This document shows, piece after piece, positions 30,640 to 39,800 of a stretch of 64,000 nucleotides of DNA. The notes beneath the pieces are model-generated. The model searched no databases and was not told the DNA's origin. It saw only the letters and a program-made list of their open reading frames with translations. The DNA comes from a phage, in the sequence record PZ452579.1; one strand, written 5' to 3'. The stretch's first letter is position 1. Each line of letters opens with the position of its first letter. Both the position numbers and the translations under genes were made by a program.

Positions 30640-31500
30640 TTATACCGCCATTTTAGCTTTGATAGCTGGATGTGATTCGTAATTTTTAAGAACGAAATCA
30701 GAATGTGTCATTGTTCCAGTAACCCAGTCCATTTGGATTTTTGTAGGCCAATTCTCAAAATTACTAGGCCAATTAATTTCAAGAGAACATAACTCTTTAG
30801 GTTCACGACGAAGAACTTCTTTGCATTGTTCTACATGATTGCTGTAGATATGCGTGTTGCCGCCTGAGAACACTAAATCACCCGGGATAAGGTTACACAT
30901 CTTCGCTACAATATGCGTCAAAGCAGCGTACGAGGCAATGTTGAACGGCAGGCCCAAGAAAACATCTACACTGCGTTGATACCATTGTAAATCAAGATGT
31001 CCATTACGCACATTAAATTGATAGAACATATGACAAGGAGGAAGAGCCATTTGGTCAATTTCGGCTGGGTTCCATGCAGAAACTATTTGACGACGATCAT
31101 TAGGAAGAGCTTTAATACGGTCGATAGTTTTGACCAATTGGTCTACACCACCAAAATCACGCCATTGCTTACCATAAATAGGACCAAGTTCGCCGCTATG
31201 ATATCCAAGGTCTTTTGCCTGATTTTCATAGTTGTCGTCCCAAATAGTTTTACCTTGAATAAGACTACCATGAGTACGAATACGCAAATCATTAACATTG
31301 GTAGAACCAGACATGAACCATAATAGCTCGGCAATACAAGCTTTCCATGCAAGCTTCTTGGTTGTTACTGCAGGAAATCCTTTAGTAAGGTCCCATCGCA
31401 ATTTAGTTCCGAATAGAGCAATAGTGCCGGTACCTGTACGGTCGTCTGTTTCGTAGCCATTTTCTAAGATATCTTTAATCAAATCTTGATATTGTTTCAT
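30640..31500 (-). CDS. td: Thymidylate synthase (intron-less)
   Basis: 286-aa single ORF; active-site PCH (LPPCHMFYQF); no group I intron or I-TevI. Confidence 0.95.
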   Translation of the reverse strand: MKQYQDLIKDILENGYETDDRTGTGTIALFGTKLRWDLTKGFPAVTTKKLAWKACIAELLWFMSGSTNVNDLRIRTHGSLIQGKTIWDDNYENQAKDLGYHSGELGPIYGKQWRDFGGVDQLVKTIDRIKALPNDRRQIVSAWNPAEIDQMALPPCHMFYQFNVRNGHLDLQWYQRSVDVFLGLPFNIASYAALTHIVAKMCNLIPGDLVFSGGNTHIYSNHVEQCKEVLRREPKELCSLEINWPSNFENWPTKIQMDWVTGTMTHSDFVLKNYESHPAIKAKMAV

Positions 31501-31515
31501 TTAACACCTATATAA

Positions 31516-31863
31516 TCAATACGGTTTAGCATCAAATTTTCTTTCAATTTCAGGCGTGAAATATAATTCTTTACCACGCTTAGAAAAGCGACCGATAATA
31601 TGATAATTATTTTCGTCGAACGTGATATTACCGAGGTCCATAGCTTTTAACCAATCATCAATACTTCTGTGCAGTTTTATATCAAAATTCCAGTATTGAG
31701 AACTATTACCGCGGATACTACAAGCAGATTCAGTAAAACAACTACTATAAATCTTGTCTTTAGGAACTACTAATTGATAAACACCTTTAATAAACTGAGG
31801 ACCTTGCCACTTTGGCTGTTTCGCATCTTCTTCTAATAGAATAGGGTAATAATTAAAATTCAT
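31516..31863 (-). CDS. Hypothetical protein inserted between frd and td
   Basis: 115-aa ORF; in T4 frd and td abut, so this is extra relative to T4. Confidence 0.6.
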   Translation of the reverse strand: MNFNYYPILLEEDAKQPKWQGPQFIKGVYQLVVPKDKIYSSCFTESACSIRGNSSQYWNFDIKLHRSIDDWLKAMDLGNITFDENNYHIIGRFSKRGKELYFTPEIERKFDAKPY

Positions 31864-32447
31864 TTATATACACTCTCAGTAATTTCGGTGAGTTCATCGA
31901 TTCTGTAGTAATGAGATTCTACCATAGAACGTTGAAGCATAATATCTTGGATGAAATCTTTATCAAGTTGAACATCTGAATTAACACGACATTTCTTAAT
32001 GATTTTAGTCATCACGATTTCATCGGCATAAGGCAGGGCTTGTTTTAATAGAGCAGGGCCACCAATAACAGATACATCAACATGTTCAGTAGAAAGTTTA
32101 AACGGTACGTCAGTTGCAGGGCTAAACAGGTTAATTTCACCACCCATTACCAAGGTAATAAATTCAGATTGGGTGATATAGAAATGCGCAAATTCGTTGG
32201 TTTTGGACCTAGGCAGTTTTCTGGCCATATCAGTGACAACCACATGAGTACGATCTGGGAGTAGACGAGGTAATGATGCAAAAGTCTTAGCACCCATAAC
32301 CATTACAGTGTTTTTAGTGCGAGCAACAAAGTTACTCATATCTTGTTTGATATGCTTCCATGGAAGTCCATCACCTAATCCAAAAGCATATTCCAGTTTA
32401 TCATCAACTGTTTTAGACGGTGCGCATGCGAATACTAATTTAAGCAT
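31860..32447 (-). CDS. frd: Dihydrofolate reductase
   Basis: 195 aa; DHFR motifs GLGDGLPW and MGAKTFASLP; matches T4 Frd. Confidence 0.93.
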   Translation of the reverse strand: MLKLVFACAPSKTVDDKLEYAFGLGDGLPWKHIKQDMSNFVARTKNTVMVMGAKTFASLPRLLPDRTHVVVTDMARKLPRSKTNEFAHFYITQSEFITLVMGGEINLFSPATDVPFKLSTEHVDVSVIGGPALLKQALPYADEIVMTKIIKKCRVNSDVQLDKDFIQDIMLQRSMVESHYYRIDELTEITESVYK

Positions 32448-32688
32448 TTTTAAGTCCTTTAATAACTTTTTGGATTTGTGATTTAGACGAAACTAGTTCT
32501 GTCTGAATTTCCCAACCATCGGTTTGGTCAAATGTTGTAACACAAACACGAGGTTTTGTTGTGTATCGTCCAGACAAATCAAATGCATCACCAATGAATT
32601 CGGCCAAATCCGGATGGTCTAAATTAACTGAAGTATAAACTTCATATCCGACATCAGCGCCTTGAGAGTATTCAACAACAACATTCAT
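32440..32688 (-). CDS. Hypothetical protein (frd.1 position)
   Basis: 82-aa ORF. Confidence 0.55.
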   Translation of the reverse strand: MNVVVEYSQGADVGYEVYTSVNLDHPDLAEFIGDAFDLSGRYTTKPRVCVTTFDQTDGWEIQTELVSSKSQIQKVIKGLKNA

Positions 32689-32690
32689 AA

Positions 32691-32939
32691 TTATTTCCTC
32701 AGATTTTTCTTAACAACTTTCCAATCAGCTTTAAACGATTCAACATCAGAGTGGTGAATCCAGAATCCTGCACTTTCACCATCTTCGTAGAGTGGACATC
32801 CATCACATTCTTCGTTCCAACCCATTTCACGTAAAGCTTCTTCAGCTTGTTCAAGGAGTTCAGCGTCTTTACCAACGATGTTGAAGTACCATTTACCTCT
32901 AACTTCAGAATCTTTGATGCTCTGGCGTTGCAATCTCAT
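32691..32939 (-). CDS. Hypothetical protein (frd.2 position)
   Basis: Start set at ATG 32939 (MRLQRQS...) with GGAG RBS; the track start at 32954 corresponds to a GTG codon. Confidence 0.55.
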   Translation of the reverse strand: MRLQRQSIKDSEVRGKWYFNIVGKDAELLEQAEEALREMGWNEECDGCPLYEDGESAGFWIHHSDVESFKADWKVVKKNLRK

Positions 32940-33000
32940 TTTATTCTCCTTCACTTTTATTTGATAGGGCTATGTTATAGTAGCCCTATCTTGTTATAAA

Positions 33001-33393
33001 CTACTTTTTAAAAGTTTTTTGCAAAAGTTTGATGATTTCGTCGACGTTGGTTTCATCTACGATACAATGGATTTTTGTTACACCTAAAGTTATACCTTCG
33101 TTAGTAGGTTGAGGCTTTACTAAATCTACCTCAGTAAAGTATTTGAACTCATCATAATAAATCTCAAAATAAGTTTCAATTTCACCACCAGCAGAACATA
33201 CAGTACCATCTTCCATAGTTACACTTACTACGTTTGACGTATCGCTATCATAATCAGGTTCCATTCCGTTTACAACAAAACTAGGCCCGTGGAGTTCAAT
33301 CAATTTTAACATCTTAGCGTTATTGTGTGGTGCTTCTTGAACAAAGTCGTCTTTAAATAAAGGGTTAATGATATAAGATTTTCCGATTTCCAT
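33001..33393 (-). CDS. Hypothetical protein (frd.3 position)
   Basis: 130-aa ORF. Confidence 0.6.
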   Translation of the reverse strand: MEIGKSYIINPLFKDDFVQEAPHNNAKMLKLIELHGPSFVVNGMEPDYDSDTSNVVSVTMEDGTVCSAGGEIETYFEIYYDEFKYFTEVDLVKPQPTNEGITLGVTKIHCIVDETNVDEIIKLLQKTFKK

Positions 33394-33421
33394 TTTGATT
33401 TCCTCATGTTGTTGATAGGTC

Positions 33422-33451
33422 TATACTAACACATCCAGGGAAGAAGTAAAC
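33422..33451 (-). promoter_or_regulatory. T4-type early promoter (minus) in a gataggtctata PeSL-like context
   Basis: + strand tatact...agtaaac. Confidence 0.45.
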
Positions 33452-33482
33452 AACTTTTTCGGCAATTTACAGATACTCAAAA

Positions 33483-33500
33483 GGGAGACCGAAGTCTCCC
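33483..33500 (-). terminator. Gene 32 transcription terminator (UUCG-tetraloop hairpin plus U-tract)
   Basis: gggagac cgaa gtctccc 7 nt after the gene 32 stop; minus RNA has UUCG loop and downstream U-rich tract. Confidence 0.7.
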
Positions 33501-33506
33501 GATTTA

Positions 33507-34409
33507 TTATAGACCAGCTAACAGGTCATCGAGGTCGCCATCATCAGAGGATGAGGTAGAGCTCATGAAGTCATCTTCAGTTTTTGCAGAACTAAAGGCT
33601 TCCATGTCTTTATCAAAATCGTCAAGGTCAGAAGCAACTTTATCTGCAACAGAAGCTGCTGCGGCTGCTGCACCACCAAGAGCGGCAGTACCAAGAACCT
33701 TAGCGAAAGATTCATTTAATTTTTCAAAGGATTTGAACTGGTCTTTAGCCGTCAAAGTAGTAAGGTCTACCATCTGGTCATATAGTTCTTTCTGGAATGC
33801 TTCGTCATTAATACGAGGAATTTCAGATTGACCCAAGAATTTAGATTCGTCATAGTTACTAAAACCGGAAACCTGCTTAGCTTTCAGAACGAAGTTAGCA
33901 CCTTCAAACGGACAAGTAACATCAACTGGAGTTTCACCCATTTCGGTATCAACAGCAATCATTGCATTGATTTTGTCCCAAATCTTTTTGCCGAAACGAT
34001 ATTTAAATACTTTACCTTCGTTATCTGGAGCTTGAGGGTCTTTAACAACCAGAATATTAGCCCAATAAGAAGTTTTACGTTTCAGTTGAGAATATTCAGT
34101 TTTGTTGGTATTGTACAGGTCATTTTTACTAATGTACTGACATACAGGACAAGAGTCATAATCACCATGTGTAGAAGAGCAATTTTCAATATACCATTTA
34201 CCATTTTTCTTGAAACCGTGGTTAACAAGAATTGCAAATGGTAGTGCATCATCAGTTTTTGCTGGCAAGAAACGAATTACCGCTTGACCATTACCGGATG
34301 CATCTAGCTTCAGCTTCCATTCGCCTTTATCTTCTGAAGAGAAACCTTTGTTACCATTCAGTTTAGCCATTTGAGCAGCGAGGTCAGCAGTAGATTTACG
34401 TTTAAACAT
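33507..34409 (-). CDS. 32: Single-stranded DNA-binding protein gp32
   Basis: 300 aa; matches T4 gp32 ([23 protein letters not shown]..., acidic C-terminus DDLLAGL). Confidence 0.96.
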   Translation of the reverse strand: MFKRKSTADLAAQMAKLNGNKGFSSEDKGEWKLKLDASGNGQAVIRFLPAKTDDALPFAILVNHGFKKNGKWYIENCSSTHGDYDSCPVCQYISKNDLYNTNKTEYSQLKRKTSYWANILVVKDPQAPDNEGKVFKYRFGKKIWDKINAMIAVDTEMGETPVDVTCPFEGANFVLKAKQVSGFSNYDESKFLGQSEIPRINDEAFQKELYDQMVDLTTLTAKDQFKSFEKLNESFAKVLGTAALGGAAAAAASVADKVASDLDDFDKDMEAFSSAKTEDDFMSSTSSSDDGDLDDLLAGL

Positions 34410-34480
34410 TATATTTACCTTTATTTAGATTATTTAATTTATTTACAGTTGGTTGCTACGACACTTATACCTCGTAGCTG
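34410..34480 (-). promoter_or_regulatory. Gene 32 translational operator: hairpin/pseudoknot region followed by an unstructured A/U-rich leader
   Basis: Minus-strand leader gcuacgagguauaagugucguagc hairpin then repeated UAAAUA elements up to the AUG, as in the T4 gp32 autoregulatory site. Confidence 0.5.
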
Positions 34481-34488
34481 GTATGATT

Positions 34489-34496
34489 TATTTATA
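34489..34496 (-). promoter_or_regulatory. T4 late promoter TATAAATA (minus) upstream of gene 32
   Basis: tatttata on + strand ~80 nt upstream of ATG. Confidence 0.5.
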
Positions 34497-34524
34497 AAGT
34501 AATTTTAACACACAAGAATAAAGC

Positions 34525-35178
34525 TTAATACTTACATGATTTGATTGTTTCTATGAACAATTTCTTAGCAGCATTTCCATCGATTTGAAGTATTTTTCGA
34601 TATGCCTTTAATTTGGTAGAATAATTTTGCCAGACTAAGTTATCGGTGAGTTCGTCGTGCTTATCTATAATATTCAAAAACGAGTCCAACAATAAGAAAG
34701 TTTCAAATGAAATTATATTGCTTTGTAGCAATTTAAATATGTAGCTCGACTGAACGTTGTTATTATAATCAAATATATCTTGAAGCGCACTAACTTCAAC
34801 TTTCTTACTGAAATAGTAGATGTTACGTACATCTTCAGCAAACGTCTCCTTGGCTTGTTTGAGACGTCCAATATATTCCCTATAGAAAACTAATGCATCA
34901 GCGTCCGATATCTCACCAATCCATGCGTCTTGGTTAGCAACTAAGTTGCTTATGAATATCAAGGTGAGTTCCTTCAATTTATATTTCTCTGCTAGTTTTT
35001 CAAAGAAATATTTATCTCGGCGTTTTTGATACGCATTATCCGAAACACGCATGCACCAGTTATATTTGATTACGTCATACCGACCATTAAAATGTTGTTT
35101 GCACATCAAGTATAGTTTGTATACCGATTTTCCGTTAATATAACGTTCTCCATCAGGAGGCATGCGTATTTTAATCAT
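34525..35178 (-). CDS. 59: gp59 helicase loader
   Basis: 217 aa; strong match to T4 gp59 (MIKIRMPPDGERYINGKSVYKLYLM...). Confidence 0.95.
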   Translation of the reverse strand: MIKIRMPPDGERYINGKSVYKLYLMCKQHFNGRYDVIKYNWCMRVSDNAYQKRRDKYFFEKLAEKYKLKELTLIFISNLVANQDAWIGEISDADALVFYREYIGRLKQAKETFAEDVRNIYYFSKKVEVSALQDIFDYNNNVQSSYIFKLLQSNIISFETFLLLDSFLNIIDKHDELTDNLVWQNYSTKLKAYRKILQIDGNAAKKLFIETIKSCKY

Positions 35179-35513
35179 AATAAGAAATCTAACGTATTAG
35201 TTTTTTCGCCACGAGCAACTGATGGGCGAAGCATGTTTTCGTCAATTGCTTCGCTTGTAATTTTTTCAACAATTCCTGTAGGAATAAATTTAGCAAATTG
35301 TGTTTCTGGAATAGAATTTTCTTCCAAGAAAGCAGTTGTTGCTTCTAAATAAGACATACCAAATTGTTCAACCATGGATTCGATAATGAATCCGTTTTCT
35401 TGACGGTCAAGCAATTTAGCGATATCATCTTTATCGTGTTTTACTGCTAATTCTTGTTCAGATAAACCGGTCTCATCAACCGGTTTAATATCACTTAGTG
35501 AAAACTGTGTCAT
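35175..35513 (-). CDS. 33: gp33 late transcription co-activator
   Basis: 112 aa; matches T4 gp33 (MTQFSLSDIKPVDETGLSE...DFLL). Confidence 0.95.
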   Translation of the reverse strand: MTQFSLSDIKPVDETGLSEQELAVKHDKDDIAKLLDRQENGFIIESMVEQFGMSYLEATTAFLEENSIPETQFAKFIPTGIVEKITSEAIDENMLRPSVARGEKTNTLDFLL

Positions 35514-35760
35514 AAAGCTCGACTACCTCTTCGTTTTCAGCTTCAAATTGGTCACGAGCATCTTTATGATAAAGAGCTAACAAACGATTAAACATTTTTC
35601 CATCAACGCCAAGCTCTTCTTTAGCACGAGTACGAATGTCTTTAATCAGTTCATTATAACCAGAAATTTTAAGTTTGTTATCGGAAGCTTCCTTGACTAG
35701 TTTAGCCAGTTCTTCACCATGCACATCTTGATTAAATTCAACTGCTTCTTTCTTAGCCAT
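35491..35760 (-). CDS. dsbA: DsbA double-stranded DNA-binding protein
   Basis: 89 aa from internal Met MAKKEAVEF...; matches T4 DsbA; overlaps gene 33 start. Confidence 0.9.
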   Translation of the reverse strand: MAKKEAVEFNQDVHGEELAKLVKEASDNKLKISGYNELIKDIRTRAKEELGVDGKMFNRLLALYHKDARDQFEAENEEVVELYDTVFTK

Positions 35761-35767
35761 GTTTACC

Positions 35768-36685
35768 TCAGAATTCATTAATTACACTTGTTAATTTAGA
35801 AAGACCAGATTTTACAAAGTATGAATAAATCTTGCCTTTAGGTTGTGGTTGATATGAGTTATAATACTCTATAATGGTTGAAGCAATATTATCAGGGATA
35901 TAATCAAAATCAATGAGAACCAAATTTTCTTGGTACCGTTTATATTCTTCTGCACTTAATAATACTTCAGCTTGAGAACGATCATTGGCAATTGCTTCAA
36001 TGATCGTTGTTTTCATGCTTGGAGTTCGTTCGCCTTCAACTCGAGTAAACCAGAAATCACCACGAACTCGAACAGACGCAACACCATCTTTACGGTCGCC
36101 TTTAAGAATTTTAGTCATGCAATCAATTTCGGCAGAACCATTCTTAATTTTAACCCATTTTTTCTGCGGTGGCGACCACTGTTTAACGTTAGGATATTTG
36201 TGTAATTGTGTAAAGTCACCATCTGATGCAACAATACATACCTTATGACCAGCTAATGACAAATATTTAGTTAATACACCGATATGGTCGTCCGCTTCAT
36301 ACTTGTCAATATCCATTACAACGTATGGCATGTATTTCTTAATCTCATCAACAACTTGATGGAGTGCAGTAAAATATCCTTCCCAATCCCACTTTGAAGC
36401 TTCACGATCAGTTTTACGATTTTTCTTGTAGTAGTAAGCAAAGTCGCGTCGCCAATACCCAGAAGTAGCGTTATCCATGCACAATACAAATTTTGTATAA
36501 CCTTGCTTACGGAACATCACTACGTTTTTACGAATTGAATTCAAGACTACATGACGAACCATCGGAACGGTAATTTTATCACCATCTTCAAAGTTGTTTA
36601 ATGCAGCTGCCAATGCAATGTTACTAAAGTCTGCAAGCGCAATACCTTCTTTGTAATCTTCATCCAACATCATTTCTAAATCCAT
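35768..36685 (-). CDS. rnh: RNase H (5'-3' exonuclease, FEN-1 family)
   Basis: 305 aa; matches T4 RNase H (MDLEMMLDEDYKEG...SINEF). Confidence 0.95.
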   Translation of the reverse strand: MDLEMMLDEDYKEGIALADFSNIALAAALNNFEDGDKITVPMVRHVVLNSIRKNVVMFRKQGYTKFVLCMDNATSGYWRRDFAYYYKKNRKTDREASKWDWEGYFTALHQVVDEIKKYMPYVVMDIDKYEADDHIGVLTKYLSLAGHKVCIVASDGDFTQLHKYPNVKQWSPPQKKWVKIKNGSAEIDCMTKILKGDRKDGVASVRVRGDFWFTRVEGERTPSMKTTIIEAIANDRSQAEVLLSAEEYKRYQENLVLIDFDYIPDNIASTIIEYYNSYQPQPKGKIYSYFVKSGLSKLTSVINEF

Positions 36686-36718
36686 ATGAACCTCTTGTTC
36701 AGTTAGTCAACTTGGACT

Positions 36719-36748
36719 ATAGTAACATACTAGTTCGAAAGCGTAAAT
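36719..36748 (-). promoter_or_regulatory. T4-type early promoter (minus) upstream of rnh
   Basis: + strand atagta - 17 nt - cgtaaat. Confidence 0.5.
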
Positions 36749-36763
36749 AGTCTTTTACTCATT

Positions 36764-36771
36764 TATAAATA
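36764..36771 (+). promoter_or_regulatory. T4 late promoter for gene 34
   Basis: TATAAATA 34 nt upstream of gene 34 ATG. Confidence 0.6.
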
Positions 36772-36805
36772 GTAAAATAGAACACATAATGATAAGAGGA
36801 CTACC

Positions 36806-39800
36806 ATGGTTGACATCAAACGTAAGTTCAGGGCCGAAGATGGTCTTGACGCAGGCGGTGATAAGATAGTTAACGTTGCGCTTGCTGACCGCACAGTTGG
36901 CACCGATGGCGTGAACGTTGACTTTTTGGTGCAAGAAAACACCGTACAGAATTATGACGAGACGCGCGCGTATACAAAAGATTTTATTGTTCTTTATGAT
37001 AATCGTTTTTATCAAGCTTTAAGCGATATTCCAGCTCCGGCGGGCCCTTTCTCTTTGGCTAAATGGAAGGCAACTCGTACAGATGCAGAATGGATTACAG
37101 TTCAAGGCGGAGATTTCCAATTATCAGTAGGTAACTCTATTGCGGTTGATACTTCAGCTGGCACTGATATTAATTTCACTTTGCCTCAAAATCCTTTAGA
37201 TGGCGATACAGTTATTTTGTCTGATATTGGCGGTAGAGTAGGCTATGTAAAAGTTCAAATTACTGCAGCGGCTCAAAGTATTGTAAACTTTAGAGGACAA
37301 CAGGTTCGTTCAGTTTTAATGACGCACCCAAAATCTAAAATGGTCTTCATTTTTAGCAACCGCCTATGGCAAATGTATGTTTCTGATTACGAACGTAATG
37401 CAGTCACAGTAACTCCTGCTACGCCATATCAAGCGCAACCTAATGATTTTATCATTCGACGTTTTACATCAGCCGCTCCTATTAATATTACATTGCCTCG
37501 TAATGCTAATAATGGCGATATTATTAATTTAGTGGATTTAGACAAATTAAACCCATTATATCACACAATTGTCAAAACTTACGATGATACAACTTCTATA
37601 CGAGAAGCTGGTGTTCATGTAGCAGAAGGACGTAATACTGCGGAAGCATTCTTTGTTTATGATTCTGCCAATAGTTTATGGCGTGTTTGGGAAGGTGACC
37701 AGAAATCTCGTTTACGTATAGTTCGTAATGATACTGATTTACGCCCTAATGAAGAAGTTCTTGTTTTTGGAACTAATAATGATACAATCTCGACGGTAAA
37801 TCTTACTTTGCCTACAGATATTTTGTCTGGCGATACTGTTAAAATATCGTTGAATTATATGCGTAAAGGGCAAACTGTAAAAATTAAAGCTGCTGAAGGC
37901 GATACAATTGCTAGCAGTATTTCTTTATTACAGTTCCCAAAACGTTCGGAGTATCCACCTGATGCACAATGGGTTTCTGTTAGTGAGCTGGAATTTAATG
38001 GTGATACTTCGTATGTACCTGTACTTGAGTTAGCTTATATAGAAGATTATTCATCTGAAACAAAATATTGGGTAGTTCAACAAAACACCGTAACCGTCGA
38101 ACGAGTCGATGCATCGAGCAATAACACTCGAGCTCGTTTAGGTGTTATTGCTCTTGCTTCTCAAGCGCAAGCAAATGTCGATTTAGAAAATGCTCCTGGT
38201 AAAGAACTGGCTATTACTCCGGAAACATTAGCAAATCGTACAGCAACTGAAACTCGTCGTGGTATTGCTCGTATTGCAACAACTGCACAAGTTAACCAGA
38301 ATACCGATTTTGCATTCCAAGACGACTTGATTATTTCTCCTAAGAAATTGAACGAACGTACAGCAACTGAAACCCGTAGAGGTGTTGCTGAAGTTGCAAC
38401 TCAGGCTGAAACTAATGCTGGCACAGATGATACCACTATTATTACTCCTAAGAAATTGGATGCCCGTCAAGGTTCTGAAGTTTTATCTGGTATTGTAAAA
38501 TACACATCTACGACTGGTACTACAGCTGCTACTATTCGTGGTAATGCTGGGACTAACGTTTATAACAAAGCCGTAGATAATTTAACTATTTCTCCAAAGG
38601 CTCTTGACCAGTATAAAGCTACCCCTACTCAGCAGGGTGCAGTAATTCTTGCTATTGAAAGTGAAGTTATCGCTGGCGAATCACAAGCTGGTTGGGCTAA
38701 TGCTGTAGTGACCCCTGAAACTCTGCATAAGAAAACTTCTACTGATGGACGTATTGGTTTAATTGAAATTGCTACGCAAGCAGAAACTAACACTGGAACT
38801 GATTATACTAGAGCAGTAACGCCTAAGACGTTAAATGATAGGAAAGCTACGGAAGGATTATCTGGCATAGCCGAAATTGCTACGCAAGTTGAATTTGATA
38901 CTGGAACTGACGATACTCGTATCTCGTCTCCACTGAAAATTAAAACTCATTTTGATTCTTCTGGCCGTACTAGTGTTAATTCTGATTCCGGACTTATTGA
39001 AGAAGGAACCTTGTGGAACCATTATACTCTTGATATTTCTAAAGCAAATGAAACACAACGCGGTACACTTCGCGTAGCGACCCAGGCAGAATCTAATGCA
39101 GGAACTTTAGATGATGTTCTTATTACTCCTAAAAAGCTTTTAGGGACTAAGTCCACTGAAACGTCTGAAGGCGTAATTAAGGTTGCTACTCAGGCTGAAA
39201 CTGTAACAGGAACTTCTGCTAATACTGCTGTATCACCTAAGAATTTAAAATGGATTGTTCAATCAGAACCATCATGGACTGCTACTACGGCAATTCGTGG
39301 ATTCGTTAAAACTTCATCTGGTTCTATTACATTTGTCGGTGACGATACTCAAGGTAATACCCAGGATTTGAATCTTTATGAGAAAAATAGTTATGCTATT
39401 TCTCCATATGAATTAAACCGTGTACTTGCTAACTACTTACCGTTGAAAGCTAAAGCAGCTGATAGTAATTTGTTAGATGGTCTAGATTCTCTTCAGTTCA
39501 TCCGTAGAGACATCGACCAAACGGTTAATGGTTCTTTAAGTCTTACTAAACAGACCAACCTGAGTGCTCCTTTAGTATCTACAAGCACCGCTTCTTTTGG
39601 TTCCGAAGCATCTGTTACTCGTAGATTAACTCTTAATGACTCTAGCGGTTCCGAAATAGTTTTCACTAAAGGAACCCAATCTCTTAGTAATAAAGAGAAT
39701 TTCGTTGTTAGAGCATGGGGTAATAGCGCTACAGATGGTGACCGTGATACAGTATTTGAAGCGGGTGACGAAACCGGATACCATTTCTATTCTCAGCGCG

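Noticed and set aside
36755-37015. - strand 86-aa ORF overlapping the gene 34 start and promoter
   Set aside because: Overlaps the late promoter and the gp34 N-terminus; hydrophobic junk-like translation.
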